Below are positions 22,601 to 34,605 of a DNA stretch of 64,000 nucleotides, piece by piece. The notes beneath the pieces are model-generated. The model had not been told where the DNA came from, ran no database searches, and saw only the letters and a list, made by a program, of their open reading frames with translations. The stretch covers positions 1,216,001 through 1,280,000 of the forward strand of contig OZ245366.1 in the NCBI GenBank assembly GCA_965226585.1, given 5' to 3'. The translations under genes and the position numbers were made by a program. Each line of letters opens with the position of its first letter. Within the stretch, counting starts at the first letter, position 1. Source of the stretch: Thermodesulfobacteriota bacterium (lineage in GTDB: Bacteria > Desulfobacterota_D > UBA1144 > Nemesobacterales > Mycalebacteriaceae).

Positions 22601-25239
22601 TCGCCTTCCGACCATACCTCTGTGCCAATGCCGTTGACGGTTACATCAGAGCCGCCGCTTGTTCGAATTGTTCTGCCGGAAGTGTTAGACCAAACTTTTG
22701 AGCCGCCGTACACATCCACCGAGCCTGAACTGCCGTCTGAAAAAATTGTCGTAGAGAGGCTGCCCACAGACCAAACCTCTGTGCCACTGCCGTTGACGGT
22801 TACGGTTCTGGCGTTAATGGTTCCCGAATCCGCGCCGTTAGACCAAACTTTTGACGCGCCATACACACCAACCGAGCCTGTAACTGCAATGATTGTGTTA
22901 GAAGTGCCGCCTTGCGTCCATACGTTTGACGCGCCGTTGATTGCTACGGTTGTACCACTAATGGCTTGTGATGATGTGCTGTTAGCCCATACCTCGGAAC
23001 CGTTGACGTTCACCTGACTGCCGAGAATACCGTTACTGCTGACCCCGTTCGCTCCAACCTTTGAGCCGTTCACAACATTCACTGTTGCCGTGCCCGTTGT
23101 TACAATGGCGTTACTGTTATCCCCTTCCGTCCACACCTGCGAACTGTTTATGTTCAAATGCGCGGTGGCGGCGGTTGTAACAATGGCGTTACTTGTCGCC
23201 CCGTTTGACCAAACCTTTGAGCCGTTGACCGTTGCGGAGTCTTTTGTAACGAACGCTATGGAATCGGTTCCGTTTGTCCATACTTCCGTTGAGTGATTTA
23301 TGCTGACATGTGTAAATCCTTCCGTTGACGCAACCGCCGCGTTTATGCCGATAGAGTTACCCCCGTCCGTCCACACCTTCGCGCCGTTCAGGTCTGCTAT
23401 CGCGTAAGTCAACTGGCTTGAGCCGTCAACATCTTTGGTTTCCAGTTTTATCGCCGTTGAGTTAGCACCCCTTGCCCCGATTTCGCCGCCGTTTTTCACA
23501 CCCAGCCCGGCAATGCCGCCGTCCGTTGCGGAAACAAGAGCCGATATGGAATTTTCGCCCGTAGTCTCAACCTTCGCGCCGCCAACCACATTCGCAACAC
23601 TTACCCCGTTGCTGAGCGCGCTGGTCGCGCTTTCGCCGAGAGAAGTGAGGTAGTCAGACAAAGATGTTCCGTTGGCAAGGGCGGTTGAAGAATGCCCGGG
23701 GTTGACGACAATCGTTCCGCTGTCATCAAAAGTGAAAAGAGGGTTTGCCTCCGCAAAAGTTTCAAGTTCTCCAATATCGCCCGCCGAAACCGCCGCCCCC
23801 GTTTCGTATCCGTCCACCACGCCAACCATTATTCCGGTTGAGTTGTGTCCCGTTGCCGTAACCCGTGAGGCATTTATATCCGCTCCGGCTGTTCCGCCCG
23901 TGTCTGAAAGCACAACAACGCCGTTTGAGTTGTCTCCGCCGGTTGTGATTCGTGTTCTGGCGTTTGATATGTTCGCGTACGCGCTTCCGCTTGCCGTGTC
24001 CGTCAAAATCTCAACCGCAGTTGATTCCGCGCCAATTGTCTGCACACTCGCGCCGTTGAGGTTCAGGATTACGGTTCCGTCCGGAACTCCGGTGTCGCCC
24101 GTTCCTCTTTTTCCGCTCACGCGGGTTGAAATCGCCACAGAATTTGAACCGTTTGTCCATACGTTTGTGTTGTTCAGATTGAGGGTTGTGCTTCCGCCGA
24201 ATTCGCTTTCCGCGTCAATCGCCGAAGAGTTTGCCTCAGCCGCCCAGACGTTTGAACTTACAGCGTTCACGACAGTATTTGATTGTGAAAGCGCGGTTGT
24301 GTTTATCGCCACCGATTTGCCAAGAGTATCGTTGCCGCCTTTGCGGGTGGACACATTTGAAACAAAGAGGTTAATGGCGGTGTTGACCGCTGAAGATGAG
24401 TTTGTTTCAATGGCGGAAGCCGAGCCGCCGTCTGCCCAGATGTTCGCGCTTACCGAGTTCACGGTAACGTTCAGTCCCGCTTCATAAGACGAAATGGTTG
24501 TCGCCTCTATTCCGTTTGCCCATATATCAGAGCCGCCTATGTTGACAATCGCGTTGCCGTCTCCGGTTGCGTCATCTCCCATGTCCACAGGGTCCGGCGG
24601 GTCCGGCGGCTCCACAGGTTCTTCCGGTTCGTCCGGGTCTAAGTCCGTTACTTCGTCCCCGTTGTCTGTGCCGGTAGATTGACTGCGTCCGTCATCCGAA
24701 CTTCCTCCGGGAATACCGAGAAGTTTGCTGACAATGGAGATGGTTTTCGCGCCGCCGGCTGATGCGTTGGAATAAATTATACTGCCGTTGCTTATGTTCA
24801 CAGATTCGGCGTAGATGGCTGTGGTTCCTTCGCTTCCGTTTGCCCAGGCCGCCGCGCCGTTGACGTTGACAAACGGGGCGTTAATGGCGGTTACGTAAGA
24901 TGCGTTTGCAAATACTTTTCCGGTAGTCAGAATTGACACGTTGCCGGAAATATCTATGGTTGTTGACGCGCCCGCCTCCGTTCCGTCCCCTTCAGTCCAT
25001 ATATCAGTTACTGTGCCGCCCTCGCCGCCTGTCAGGGGAATGCTTACTCCGCCAAGGTCTAATATTGAGTCGCCATCTTCCGTGGTGGTGGTGTCCGTTA
25101 TGGAGTCGCCTCCGGTGTAGTCAATTGCCGTTTGCGCGCGGGCGGTATCAAATCCCGCAAAGGGAACGGCAATTGAAAATGCCACTAAAAGAAAGATAAC
25201 AAGGGCGGAAAACGCCCCGCTTTTAAGTTTAGATTTCAA
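16648..25239 (-). CDS. Giant autotransporter-like adhesin (2863 aa)
   Basis: TTG start, signal peptide, dozens of xVW(A/S/T)xG..AI..VxV repeats, GxGADTF motifs, barrel with YDAFIQSAW..C..GCAW; ends LNLAF. Confidence 0.88.
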   Translation of the reverse strand: MKSKLKSGAFSALVIFLLVAFSIAVPFAGFDTARAQTAIDYTGGDSITDTTTTEDGDSILDLGGVSIPLTGGEGGTVTDIWTEGDGTEAGASTTIDISGNVSILTTGKVFANASYVTAINAPFVNVNGAAAWANGSEGTTAIYAESVNISNGSIIYSNASAGGAKTISIVSKLLGIPGGSSDDGRSQSTGTDNGDEVTDLDPDEPEEPVEPPDPPDPVDMGDDATGDGNAIVNIGGSDIWANGIEATTISSYEAGLNVTVNSVSANIWADGGSASAIETNSSSAVNTAINLFVSNVSTRKGGNDTLGKSVAINTTALSQSNTVVNAVSSNVWAAEANSSAIDAESEFGGSTTLNLNNTNVWTNGSNSVAISTRVSGKRGTGDTGVPDGTVILNLNGASVQTIGAESTAVEILTDTASGSAYANISNARTRITTGGDNSNGVVVLSDTGGTAGADINASRVTATGHNSTGIMVGVVDGYETGAAVSAGDIGELETFAEANPLFTFDDSGTIVVNPGHSSTALANGTSLSDYLTSLGESATSALSNGVSVANVVGGAKVETTGENSISALVSATDGGIAGLGVKNGGEIGARGANSTAIKLETKDVDGSSQLTYAIADLNGAKVWTDGGNSIGINAAVASTEGFTHVSINHSTEVWTNGTDSIAFVTKDSATVNGSKVWSNGATSNAIVTTAATAHLNINSSQVWTEGDNSNAIVTTGTATVNVVNGSKVGANGVSSNGILGSQVNVNGSEVWANSTSSQAISGTTVAINGASNVWTQGGTSNTIIAVTGSVGVYGASKVWSNGADSGTINARTVTVNGSGTEVWSVGSLSTTIFSDGSSGSVDVYGGSKVWSNTSGRTIRTSGGSDVTVNGIGTEVWSEGDSGTTTILTLGGEILVENEAKVWSNGSSAVDTIYASGSGSSVKVNNAEVWQSGGSSRAITSISGASVDVENNAKVWSDGSTSSSAISAISGGGRVDINGSQVWSNGSFGKAIDATGSTVNVVNGSKVGANGVRSNGILGRQVNVNGSEVWANGTSSQAINATTVTINGGSNVWTQGGGAGAPSQTIGSSGSVGVGVYGGSKVWSNGASAVTINSSTVTVDGTGTEVWSAAAGSYAALSLGGGSVSVYNGSKVWANTIAATAIETRGGSDVRVNGSGTEVWTTGGSGWTVYTRDGGEIIVENGAKVWSNGSSSEALYATGSTSSVKVNNAEVWREGAIRDAIRLISGASVDVENNAKVWANGTGGSAITVTEFRAGSVTVNGSQVWAEGTDANGIVARASHVDIFNESKVWSNRSSRTALRAQTATVDNSDIWTDAVGYAALAIGRGTTGIYNGSNVWANMIRASAITGGGGSGVIVNGSNVWTLGADTNAVVVFERATIENGAKVWSNGSRSRAVAGNDIIVNGAEVWTEGGSSISIQDTIPATASLGVTVTNGAKVWANGVSSSAITGRVVTVRNSEVWSEGGTSSSIRARDFSSAITADVRIIDGAKVWANGSTSNAISATSADSVVTVDSSEVWTESIDSNSINSTGTVVRSGSKVWAEGENSIAITSGEATVTGSEVWAEGETGEAINGTKTVTESSSKVWSNGAGSRAVIAQSAFINSSSQVWTHNGTDAIRAATAIVDGGAQVWTNTLGITNAITADTTRVYNGAKVWAVENGGSAIVATVLAVVNGTGTEVWAQGSGPDMDAVAAGTAEIVSGAKVWINGAASSAVFATGTATVNGAQVWTESAGNGVDAQTARIFNKAMVWANGGANAAITSFRGSVFVDDSSVWSDGGTADGIFTSTGTVEVHNSANVWTNISQTGAIVAEAGRVIISGANVLGNAARSDGIRGRTIEVFNGSTVWARGDTSAAINAEAGSGQVVNVTGSNVWVQGGTGSSTAIRGRTAHVNITSSNVRTESEGIAVWAAGVDITDSQVWARDGWALWSYGTNVNVTGSNVWADGDGSKRAIHATTSSVSISGSNVWTTGTRGITVNARNVDITDGSNVLSNSATDRVISVYATGHVNVDASTVSTAGFSTNVIAAASVNVTGDSTVRKDSHSSGDGTTINATGRVVVDDSRVIARGPRGVAIIAQTADIYSGAIVSAQSVAGGKAVRAGTVTVSGGSLVWSSGRTSNTIEADTVSITGGGKVRSDAGASTSGIGGSGRYGISSVAPRTADITITGDGTGEIWTHGTIQSAAKVASVFAPAGGTATVGNVKVWSNSPGADAIRVETNLVLSGTEVWTVSQEAATVNASTATGGDVSVTVANGANVTARGESRGDARAYGIYAESDGGDVAITLSGSGSRVSGNGATPRGTRGIYAKSDGGNMTLEIGAGTFVSGAWFAVNMTGTGAGEIQNDGEIDGDTYMGGSGDIFNNTGTFTGVVDMKGGDDTFNNLGSRVLTLAPGGATVEMGTGADTFNNDGRLTLAGAGVIDFGAGADTFETTGTLTVSADDTITGLERALFRGQSILAVDFTPAADSEGVTVAGAATIFNLGAAVSPDDLATSLTIMGTSNASTELDYTLYTTASLSSGNRDSVLARVANIMAKVGGSARFNEDFDLLIRFSRLASPGGAGGNLLPYDAFIQSAWHTDRAFASKLRGRCGSTEGEVEEMAGGGCAWATTGSRSVSHKRTLEYKEDVFTFSGGISIPFAIAGVTIAGGYETSNFDIGVRGADVKTKAEVERFMVGVGASRPVANLFIADIGIQVGRSDVESNRVQQEAVSSPRLRALSSTAGIERVSVVGGIYITPRLELGLSHVAMDSITESGFDGIAVEGENKLFIFTAPSIEFRYPAQQFVDVWAKAGSNILLNKTHESLLKIKDDPTQVDGTLERSTHTYGGGMEFNFSSDGAGAVSASFEYDGGMSSSFKTFVHSFTGRLNLAF

Positions 25240-25318
25240 AACAAACTCTTGAGGACTGTTGTGTCCGTCAAATTTTTATTCCGCTGTTGCCTTATGATTA
25301 GATAAGACAATTTCCGCA

Positions 25319-25347
25319 ATAGTAATAGCAAATGGTGTTTTCGTCAA
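25319..25347 (-). promoter_or_regulatory. Putative sigma70 promoter for the 2863-aa gene
   Basis: Minus strand TTGACG (25347-25342), 17 nt spacer, TACTAT (25324-25319). Confidence 0.55.
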
Positions 25348-25374
25348 GCCCCCGCCAAGCCCCCGCAGAGGCAC

Positions 25375-25403
25375 TTGAAATGACCGCCGTTTTAGAATAG
25401 TCT
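25375..25403 (+). promoter_or_regulatory. Putative tmRNA promoter
   Basis: TTGAAA (25375-25380), 17 nt spacer, TAGTCT (25398-25403), 13 nt before the mature 5' end. Confidence 0.4.
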
Positions 25404-25416
25404 CAAAGCCCGAAAT

Positions 25417-25766
25417 GGGGGCGAACTGGCTTCGACGTATCTGAAGACAGCTCATGCCGCATGCCGAGCTTGGCTAACTCGTTAAACTGACCTGTCGCTT
25501 ATTAAACGGCGAACCAATTAACGCACTCGCGGCCTGAATAACGCCGCGACGTCCCGCCTGACAATGCCTGCGTGTTTTGCGGGGCGGCATCCTGCAGGCT
25601 GGTCTGCCCGCGCCTCCCGGCTCGCGAGCGGATGAGAAAACAGTCGGGAAAACGGAAGAAGCGCCCGTCCGCCGGCAACTTTTTCCGTAATTACGGCGGA
25701 ATAAGCATGTAGAAGCTGGGCGATTCTCTTTTGCGGACGCGGGTTCAATTCCCGCCGCCTCCACCA
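25417..25766 (+). ncRNA. ssrA: tmRNA (transfer-messenger RNA), tag peptide (A)GEPINALAA*
   Basis: 5' GGGGGCGAA..GGCTTCGAC, 3' GACGCGGGTTCAATTCCCGCCGCCTCCACCA; tag ORF 25508-25537 ends in ALAA-stop; 350 nt. Confidence 0.96.
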
Positions 25767-25777
25767 ACGGAATCCTT

Positions 25778-30049
<4,272 letters not shown>

Positions 30050-30066
30050 AGGACACCACTTTTTCC

Positions 30067-30336
30067 CATCATTCCGTTGCCTCACCCCGTCATTCCGTTG
30101 CCCTCCCCGTCATTCCGTTGCCTCACCCCGTCATTCCGTTGCCCTCCCCGTCATTCCGTTGCCCTCCCCGTCATTCCTGCGAAAGCAGGAATCCAGTATT
30201 ACATAACCGGTTGAATACTGGATTCCGTGTCAAGCACGGAATGACGGAAGTGGAGAAGCGTCATTCCTGCGGAAGCAGGAATCCAGTATTAATTAACCGG
30301 TTGAATACTGGATTCCGTGTCAAGCACGGAATGACG
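30067..30336. repeat. Two CGTC palindromic elements (30169-30246, 30259-30336) plus five 20-21 bp satellite units, between convergent genes
   Basis: Direct sequence match; tandem gtcattccgttgcc(c)tc(a)cccc units. Confidence 0.92.
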
Positions 30337-31725
30337 TTAGCCTTTAAGCGCCTTCATTATCTCTTCTATGGTTGTGTACTTAACCCTCGGTCTTCCCTCC
30401 ACCTCTCCGCGTTTTTTCTCTTTCTCATCCACAACCGACCACTTTTGATAACTTATGTAAGCAGGCTTCCTCTCGTCAAGCAGGGCTTCTATGGAAACCG
30501 CCTTCTCATCCGGCGCAAACAAAACCCCCTTCTCCGCGTCCTCAATCATCAAATCAACCGTTTCCGCAGAGTCGGTTTTGTTTGTCCCTATAACCCCGGT
30601 CGCGCCTCTTTTTATCCACCCTGCGGTGTAAAGACCCGTAAGCGCGCCGCCGCCGGGGGCGTCCAGCACTCTGCCCAGCCCGTTGGGTATCACACCCGCG
30701 CTGTCGTCAAACGGCACATCTTTTAGCGCGATTCCCCTGTATCCAATTGAACGGAAAACTATGTCCGCCCGTATAGTTTCGGTCTCCCCGGTCGGCACGG
30801 CGCGGACGGTTCCGTCTTCCCGCCTCTCAAGACGGTTTTTTACAAATGTTGCACTTGCCACCCTTCCGTCTTTTCCGCTTTCCATCGCAACGGGCGATAA
30901 CAGAAAACGCAGGTGGAGGGTTTTCTTTTCCCCGCTCTGTTCGCGGCGGGAAAAACTTTCCAGAATTTCCAATTTTTTCGCGGTTGCCGCGTCCGGGTTT
31001 TCTTCAAGAAACCGCTTTGAAACGGGGTCAAGATTCAAATCCTCCTCCCGCGTTACGGCAAGAGCGTCTTCAAGGGCTCCAAGTTCCCTGAGTTCGGGAT
31101 TTGTGAACGCCGCCTGCGCGGGTCCCCTCCTCCCGATGATGTAAATCTCTCTTATGCCGCTCGCCTCAAGTTTTTTCATCGCGTAGTCTGCGATGTCTGT
31201 TTTTCCAAGTTCGCCTCCGCTCAGACACAAAATACGCGCCACGTCTATCGCCACATTTCCAACGCCGATGATAATGGCGCGGCTTCCCGACATTTCAAAA
31301 TCCAATTCAGACGAATGGGGATGACCGTTATACCACGCCACAAACTCAGTTGCCGTGTGGCTTCCGGGAAGATTTTCGCCGGGGATTTCCATTCTTTTGT
31401 CCGTTTGCGCCCCGGTGGCGAAAACTATTTGATGATAGCGTTTTTTGAGGTCGGCAAGGGTTATGTCTTTTCCGAACTCAACAAAACCGAAGAAACGGAA
31501 AGACGGATGGGAGGCGATTTTGTCATACATCTTCGCCACCGTTTTAATTTTCTGATGATCCGGCGCAACGCCGTGCCGCACAAGCCCGTGCGGTGTGGGC
31601 AGAGTGTCAAACATATCTATCTGAAGCTCCGCCCCGCTTTTCTTTATAAGGCGGTCTGCGGTGTAGAAACCGGCGGGACCTGAGCCGACAATCGCGATAT
31701 TCAGTTTTTGTTTTCCGCTTTCCAT
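30337..31725 (-). CDS. NADPH-ferredoxin reductase, FprA/adrenodoxin reductase family
   Basis: GSGPAGFY, GLVRHGVAPDH, FVAWYNGHP, GVGNVAIDVAR and GWIKRGATGVIGTNK motifs; start could be 31725 or 31740. Confidence 0.9.
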   Translation of the reverse strand: MESGKQKLNIAIVGSGPAGFYTADRLIKKSGAELQIDMFDTLPTPHGLVRHGVAPDHQKIKTVAKMYDKIASHPSFRFFGFVEFGKDITLADLKKRYHQIVFATGAQTDKRMEIPGENLPGSHTATEFVAWYNGHPHSSELDFEMSGSRAIIIGVGNVAIDVARILCLSGGELGKTDIADYAMKKLEASGIREIYIIGRRGPAQAAFTNPELRELGALEDALAVTREEDLNLDPVSKRFLEENPDAATAKKLEILESFSRREQSGEKKTLHLRFLLSPVAMESGKDGRVASATFVKNRLERREDGTVRAVPTGETETIRADIVFRSIGYRGIALKDVPFDDSAGVIPNGLGRVLDAPGGGALTGLYTAGWIKRGATGVIGTNKTDSAETVDLMIEDAEKGVLFAPDEKAVSIEALLDERKPAYISYQKWSVVDEKEKKRGEVEGRPRVKYTTIEEIMKALKG

Positions 31726-31809
31726 CTGTTTAATCCGCAACCCTCAAATCAACCCGTCTATACGCGCAAGTAGGTTATCAGTATAATTACAGCCGGGTTT
31801 TTTAAAATT

Positions 31810-34110
31810 ATGCCGCGCGCCAATGTGGACAGAGAACATCTTCACCTGAAAATAGTTCAGGAGATCAGCGATTTTATGAATAAATCGACTGGTCTGGACA
31901 CTATTCTCAAAGGTGTGGTCAACAAAATAAGCGAGTCTCTCCACTTCGCGGTCGTGTCAATATACATAACCGACACCGAGAGCGGAAACTTGCGTCTTAT
32001 GGCAAACACCGGATTTAAGACCGAAAAAAAATCCGCAATCACCTTCGCCCCCGGAGAGGGGGTGGCGGGAATGATACTTGAAACCATGCGCCCGTTTGTG
32101 TCTATGAACGTGTCTCAGCACCCGAAATACAAGCCGGTTTTCGGCGCGGGCGAGGAAAAATACGATTGCTATCTCGGCATTCCCATTGTTTTGAACAACC
32201 GCTGTGTGGGCGTTCTTGTGGGGCAGACAAGCGAGCATCGCCACATAACTCCGGCAGAGCAAACGCTTTTTGAGATTATCGCCCTTCGTCTTGCGGGGCT
32301 TCTTGAAGTTGCCGACACGCTTGACCGTTTGCACACGCCTTCAATTCTTGAGCATAAGACCAGAACCTATCAGGGCACGGGGGCGTCTCCCGGAGTTGCC
32401 GTTGGAAATGTGTTTCTCATAAGGGGGCTTTTCGGGCGCGCCGGCGCGGGATTTTCCGCCCCTTTGACGGTTGAGGAAGAGAAAAAACGCCTGCTTGAAG
32501 CCGTCTTGCGTGTGGAGCGCGATATGAAGGAATTGATAGAGGTTTTGCGAAAAGACAACATTCTTTCGCCCGGAGAGGTGGAGATTTTTGAAGCGCATTT
32601 GATGTTGCTTTCAAGCGACAGCGCAGATTCGGTTAGGGGTGTGATTCTCTCCTTTCTTGAAAAGGGCGGGGTTACGGCTGAGAACGCCGTTGTTCAGGGA
32701 ATTGAGTCCATTGCCGGAAGGTTTGAGCATCAGGAAGACCGTTATGTGAGGGAGAAAGCGCAGGATTTCAGAGACATTGGCGAGAAACTGCTTCACGAAC
32801 TTGTGGGGCTTAAAACGCCGGACGGCGCGGAGGCGGGAACGCAGGGCGGCGCGGTGCTTGTGGCTCCTGAAATAGGACCTTCGTTTGTGTCCATGCTTGG
32901 CAAAAACAAGGCGGCGGGCGTGGTAACGGAGCGCGGCGGTGAAACTTCTCACGCGGTCATCATAGCGAAATCGCTTGGCATTCCCGTTGTGATTGGCATA
33001 GACAACATTTGCGATATGGTGAGTTCGGGAGACCGCGTTGTTGTGGACGGGCGCACGGGTTTTGTTTTTGTCAATCCTGATGAGACGCTTGAGAACGAGT
33101 ATCTGGACAGTGGAAGGCGGATTGAGGAGATACGCCACTTTTTTGAGACTGACAAAAAGGCGGGAGAAAACGCGCTTGGCATTTCTCTTACGGCGAACAT
33201 AGGTTTTCCTGATGATGTGGAGGCGGCTTTGCGGCACGGTGTTCGGGATGTGGGTTTGTTCAGAACGGAGTTTGCTTTCACGAGGTTTGAGAAATCCCCT
33301 GATGTTAAGGAGCAGACAAAAATATATTGTGATATGTCGAACCGGTTTGACGGGCACGTAACGGTGAGAACGCTTGATATCGGGGCGGACAAGATGCTTC
33401 CGTATTTCAACATTCCCGAAGAGGAGAATCCGCTTTTGGGGCTGAGGGCGATACGGTTTTCAATGGAGTATCTTGATTTGTTCAGAGACCAGATAAAGTC
33501 CATTGTTCTTGCCGCCGACCATGGGGCGCGGTTGAGGATTCTTCTTCCGATGGTGTCAAACATTTGGGAGGTTGAGACGGCGAAGCAGATAATGGATGAC
33601 GTTGCGTCTGAGATAGGGCTTGCTGAGGAGGATATTCCGGAGCTTGGCGTTATGCTTGAGGTTCCCGCTCTTGTGCCGCTTGTTGACGAGTACGCGAAGA
33701 TAGTTGATTTCATATCAGTAGGCACGAATGACCTTGTGCAGTATCTTCTTGCCGTTGACAGGAATTCAACCGCTGTTGGGCATCTTTACACATCGTTTCA
33801 CCCTGCGGTTTTGCGGGTTTTGGATGAGATCAGAAAAAGCGCGGACAAGAACGGGACAGAGGTTTCCATTTGCGGTGAGATAGCGGGAAGTCCGAAGGGT
33901 GCGTTGCTTATTTTCGCTCTTGGCTACAAGCATTTAAGTGTTTCCCCGTACAGAATTCCCGTTGTGCGGTTCATATCGAACCGTATTAAGAAGGGGGTTC
34001 TCGCGGATTTGAGGAAAGAGTTGATGCTTCAAAAAAGCGATGCCGATGTAGAGCGTCTGCTCGCAGACCATCTTGAGGAGATAGACCCCTCGCTGATGGA
34101 ATTGGGATAG
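31810..34110 (+). CDS. ptsP: GAF-domain PEP-protein phosphotransferase (enzyme I Ntr-like)
   Basis: N-terminal GAF domain, GGETSHAVI phospho-His motif, GLFRTEF, NPLLGLRAIR, SVGTNDLVQY, ICGE. Confidence 0.92.
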   Translation: MPRANVDREHLHLKIVQEISDFMNKSTGLDTILKGVVNKISESLHFAVVSIYITDTESGNLRLMANTGFKTEKKSAITFAPGEGVAGMILETMRPFVSMNVSQHPKYKPVFGAGEEKYDCYLGIPIVLNNRCVGVLVGQTSEHRHITPAEQTLFEIIALRLAGLLEVADTLDRLHTPSILEHKTRTYQGTGASPGVAVGNVFLIRGLFGRAGAGFSAPLTVEEEKKRLLEAVLRVERDMKELIEVLRKDNILSPGEVEIFEAHLMLLSSDSADSVRGVILSFLEKGGVTAENAVVQGIESIAGRFEHQEDRYVREKAQDFRDIGEKLLHELVGLKTPDGAEAGTQGGAVLVAPEIGPSFVSMLGKNKAAGVVTERGGETSHAVIIAKSLGIPVVIGIDNICDMVSSGDRVVVDGRTGFVFVNPDETLENEYLDSGRRIEEIRHFFETDKKAGENALGISLTANIGFPDDVEAALRHGVRDVGLFRTEFAFTRFEKSPDVKEQTKIYCDMSNRFDGHVTVRTLDIGADKMLPYFNIPEEENPLLGLRAIRFSMEYLDLFRDQIKSIVLAADHGARLRILLPMVSNIWEVETAKQIMDDVASEIGLAEEDIPELGVMLEVPALVPLVDEYAKIVDFISVGTNDLVQYLLAVDRNSTAVGHLYTSFHPAVLRVLDEIRKSADKNGTEVSICGEIAGSPKGALLIFALGYKHLSVSPYRIPVVRFISNRIKKGVLADLRKELMLQKSDADVERLLADHLEEIDPSLMELG

Positions 34111-34124
34111 AGGGGGAATTATGG

Positions 34125-34532
34125 TGTCATTCCTGCGGAAGCAGGAATCCAGTATTAATTAACCAGTTGAATACTGGATTCCGTGTCAGGCACGGAATGA
34201 CGGAAGTGGAGAAGCGTCATTCCGTTGCCTCCTCCGTCATTCCTGCGAAAGCAGGAATCCAGTATTAGTTAGCCAGTTGAATACTGGATTCCGTATCAGG
34301 CACGGAATGACGGAAGTGGAGAAGCGTCATTCCGTTGCCTCCTCCGTCATTCCTGCGAAAGCAGGAATCCAGTATTAATTAACCAGTTGAATACTGGATT
34401 CCGTGTCAAGCACGGAATGACGGGAGTGGAGAAGCGTCATTCCGTTGCCTCCTCCGTCATTCCTGCGAAAGCAGGAATCCAGTATTAATTAACCAGTTGA
34501 ATACTGGATTCCGTGTCAGGCACGGAATGACG
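34125..34532. repeat. Tandem array of four CGTC palindromic elements (110-bp period)
   Basis: Elements at 34125, 34235, 34345 and 34455 with constant linker gaagtggagaagcgtcattccgttgcctcctc. Confidence 0.93.
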
Positions 34533-34546
34533 GAAAGGCAAGTATC

Positions 34547-34576
34547 TTGACCTACCCCCATTCTTGTCCATAGACT
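34547..34576 (+). promoter_or_regulatory. Putative sigma70 promoter of the plus-strand autotransporter cluster
   Basis: TTGACC, 18 nt spacer, TAGACT; GGAG ribosome-binding site before ATG 34606. Confidence 0.4.
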
Positions 34577-34605
34577 AATCTTTAATAGAGTTTGGAGCAC
34601 CTAAA

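Noticed and set aside
24..25199. Many long plus-strand ORFs rich in P/A/V/T (e.g. 24..806, 2595..3686, 17753..19006)
   Set aside because: They are antisense shadows of the minus-strand G/T/N/A-rich autotransporter genes, caused by codon bias and repeats.
25417..25766. tmRNA-integrated genomic island
   Set aside because: No integrase and no duplicated 3' end in the window; housekeeping genes follow directly.
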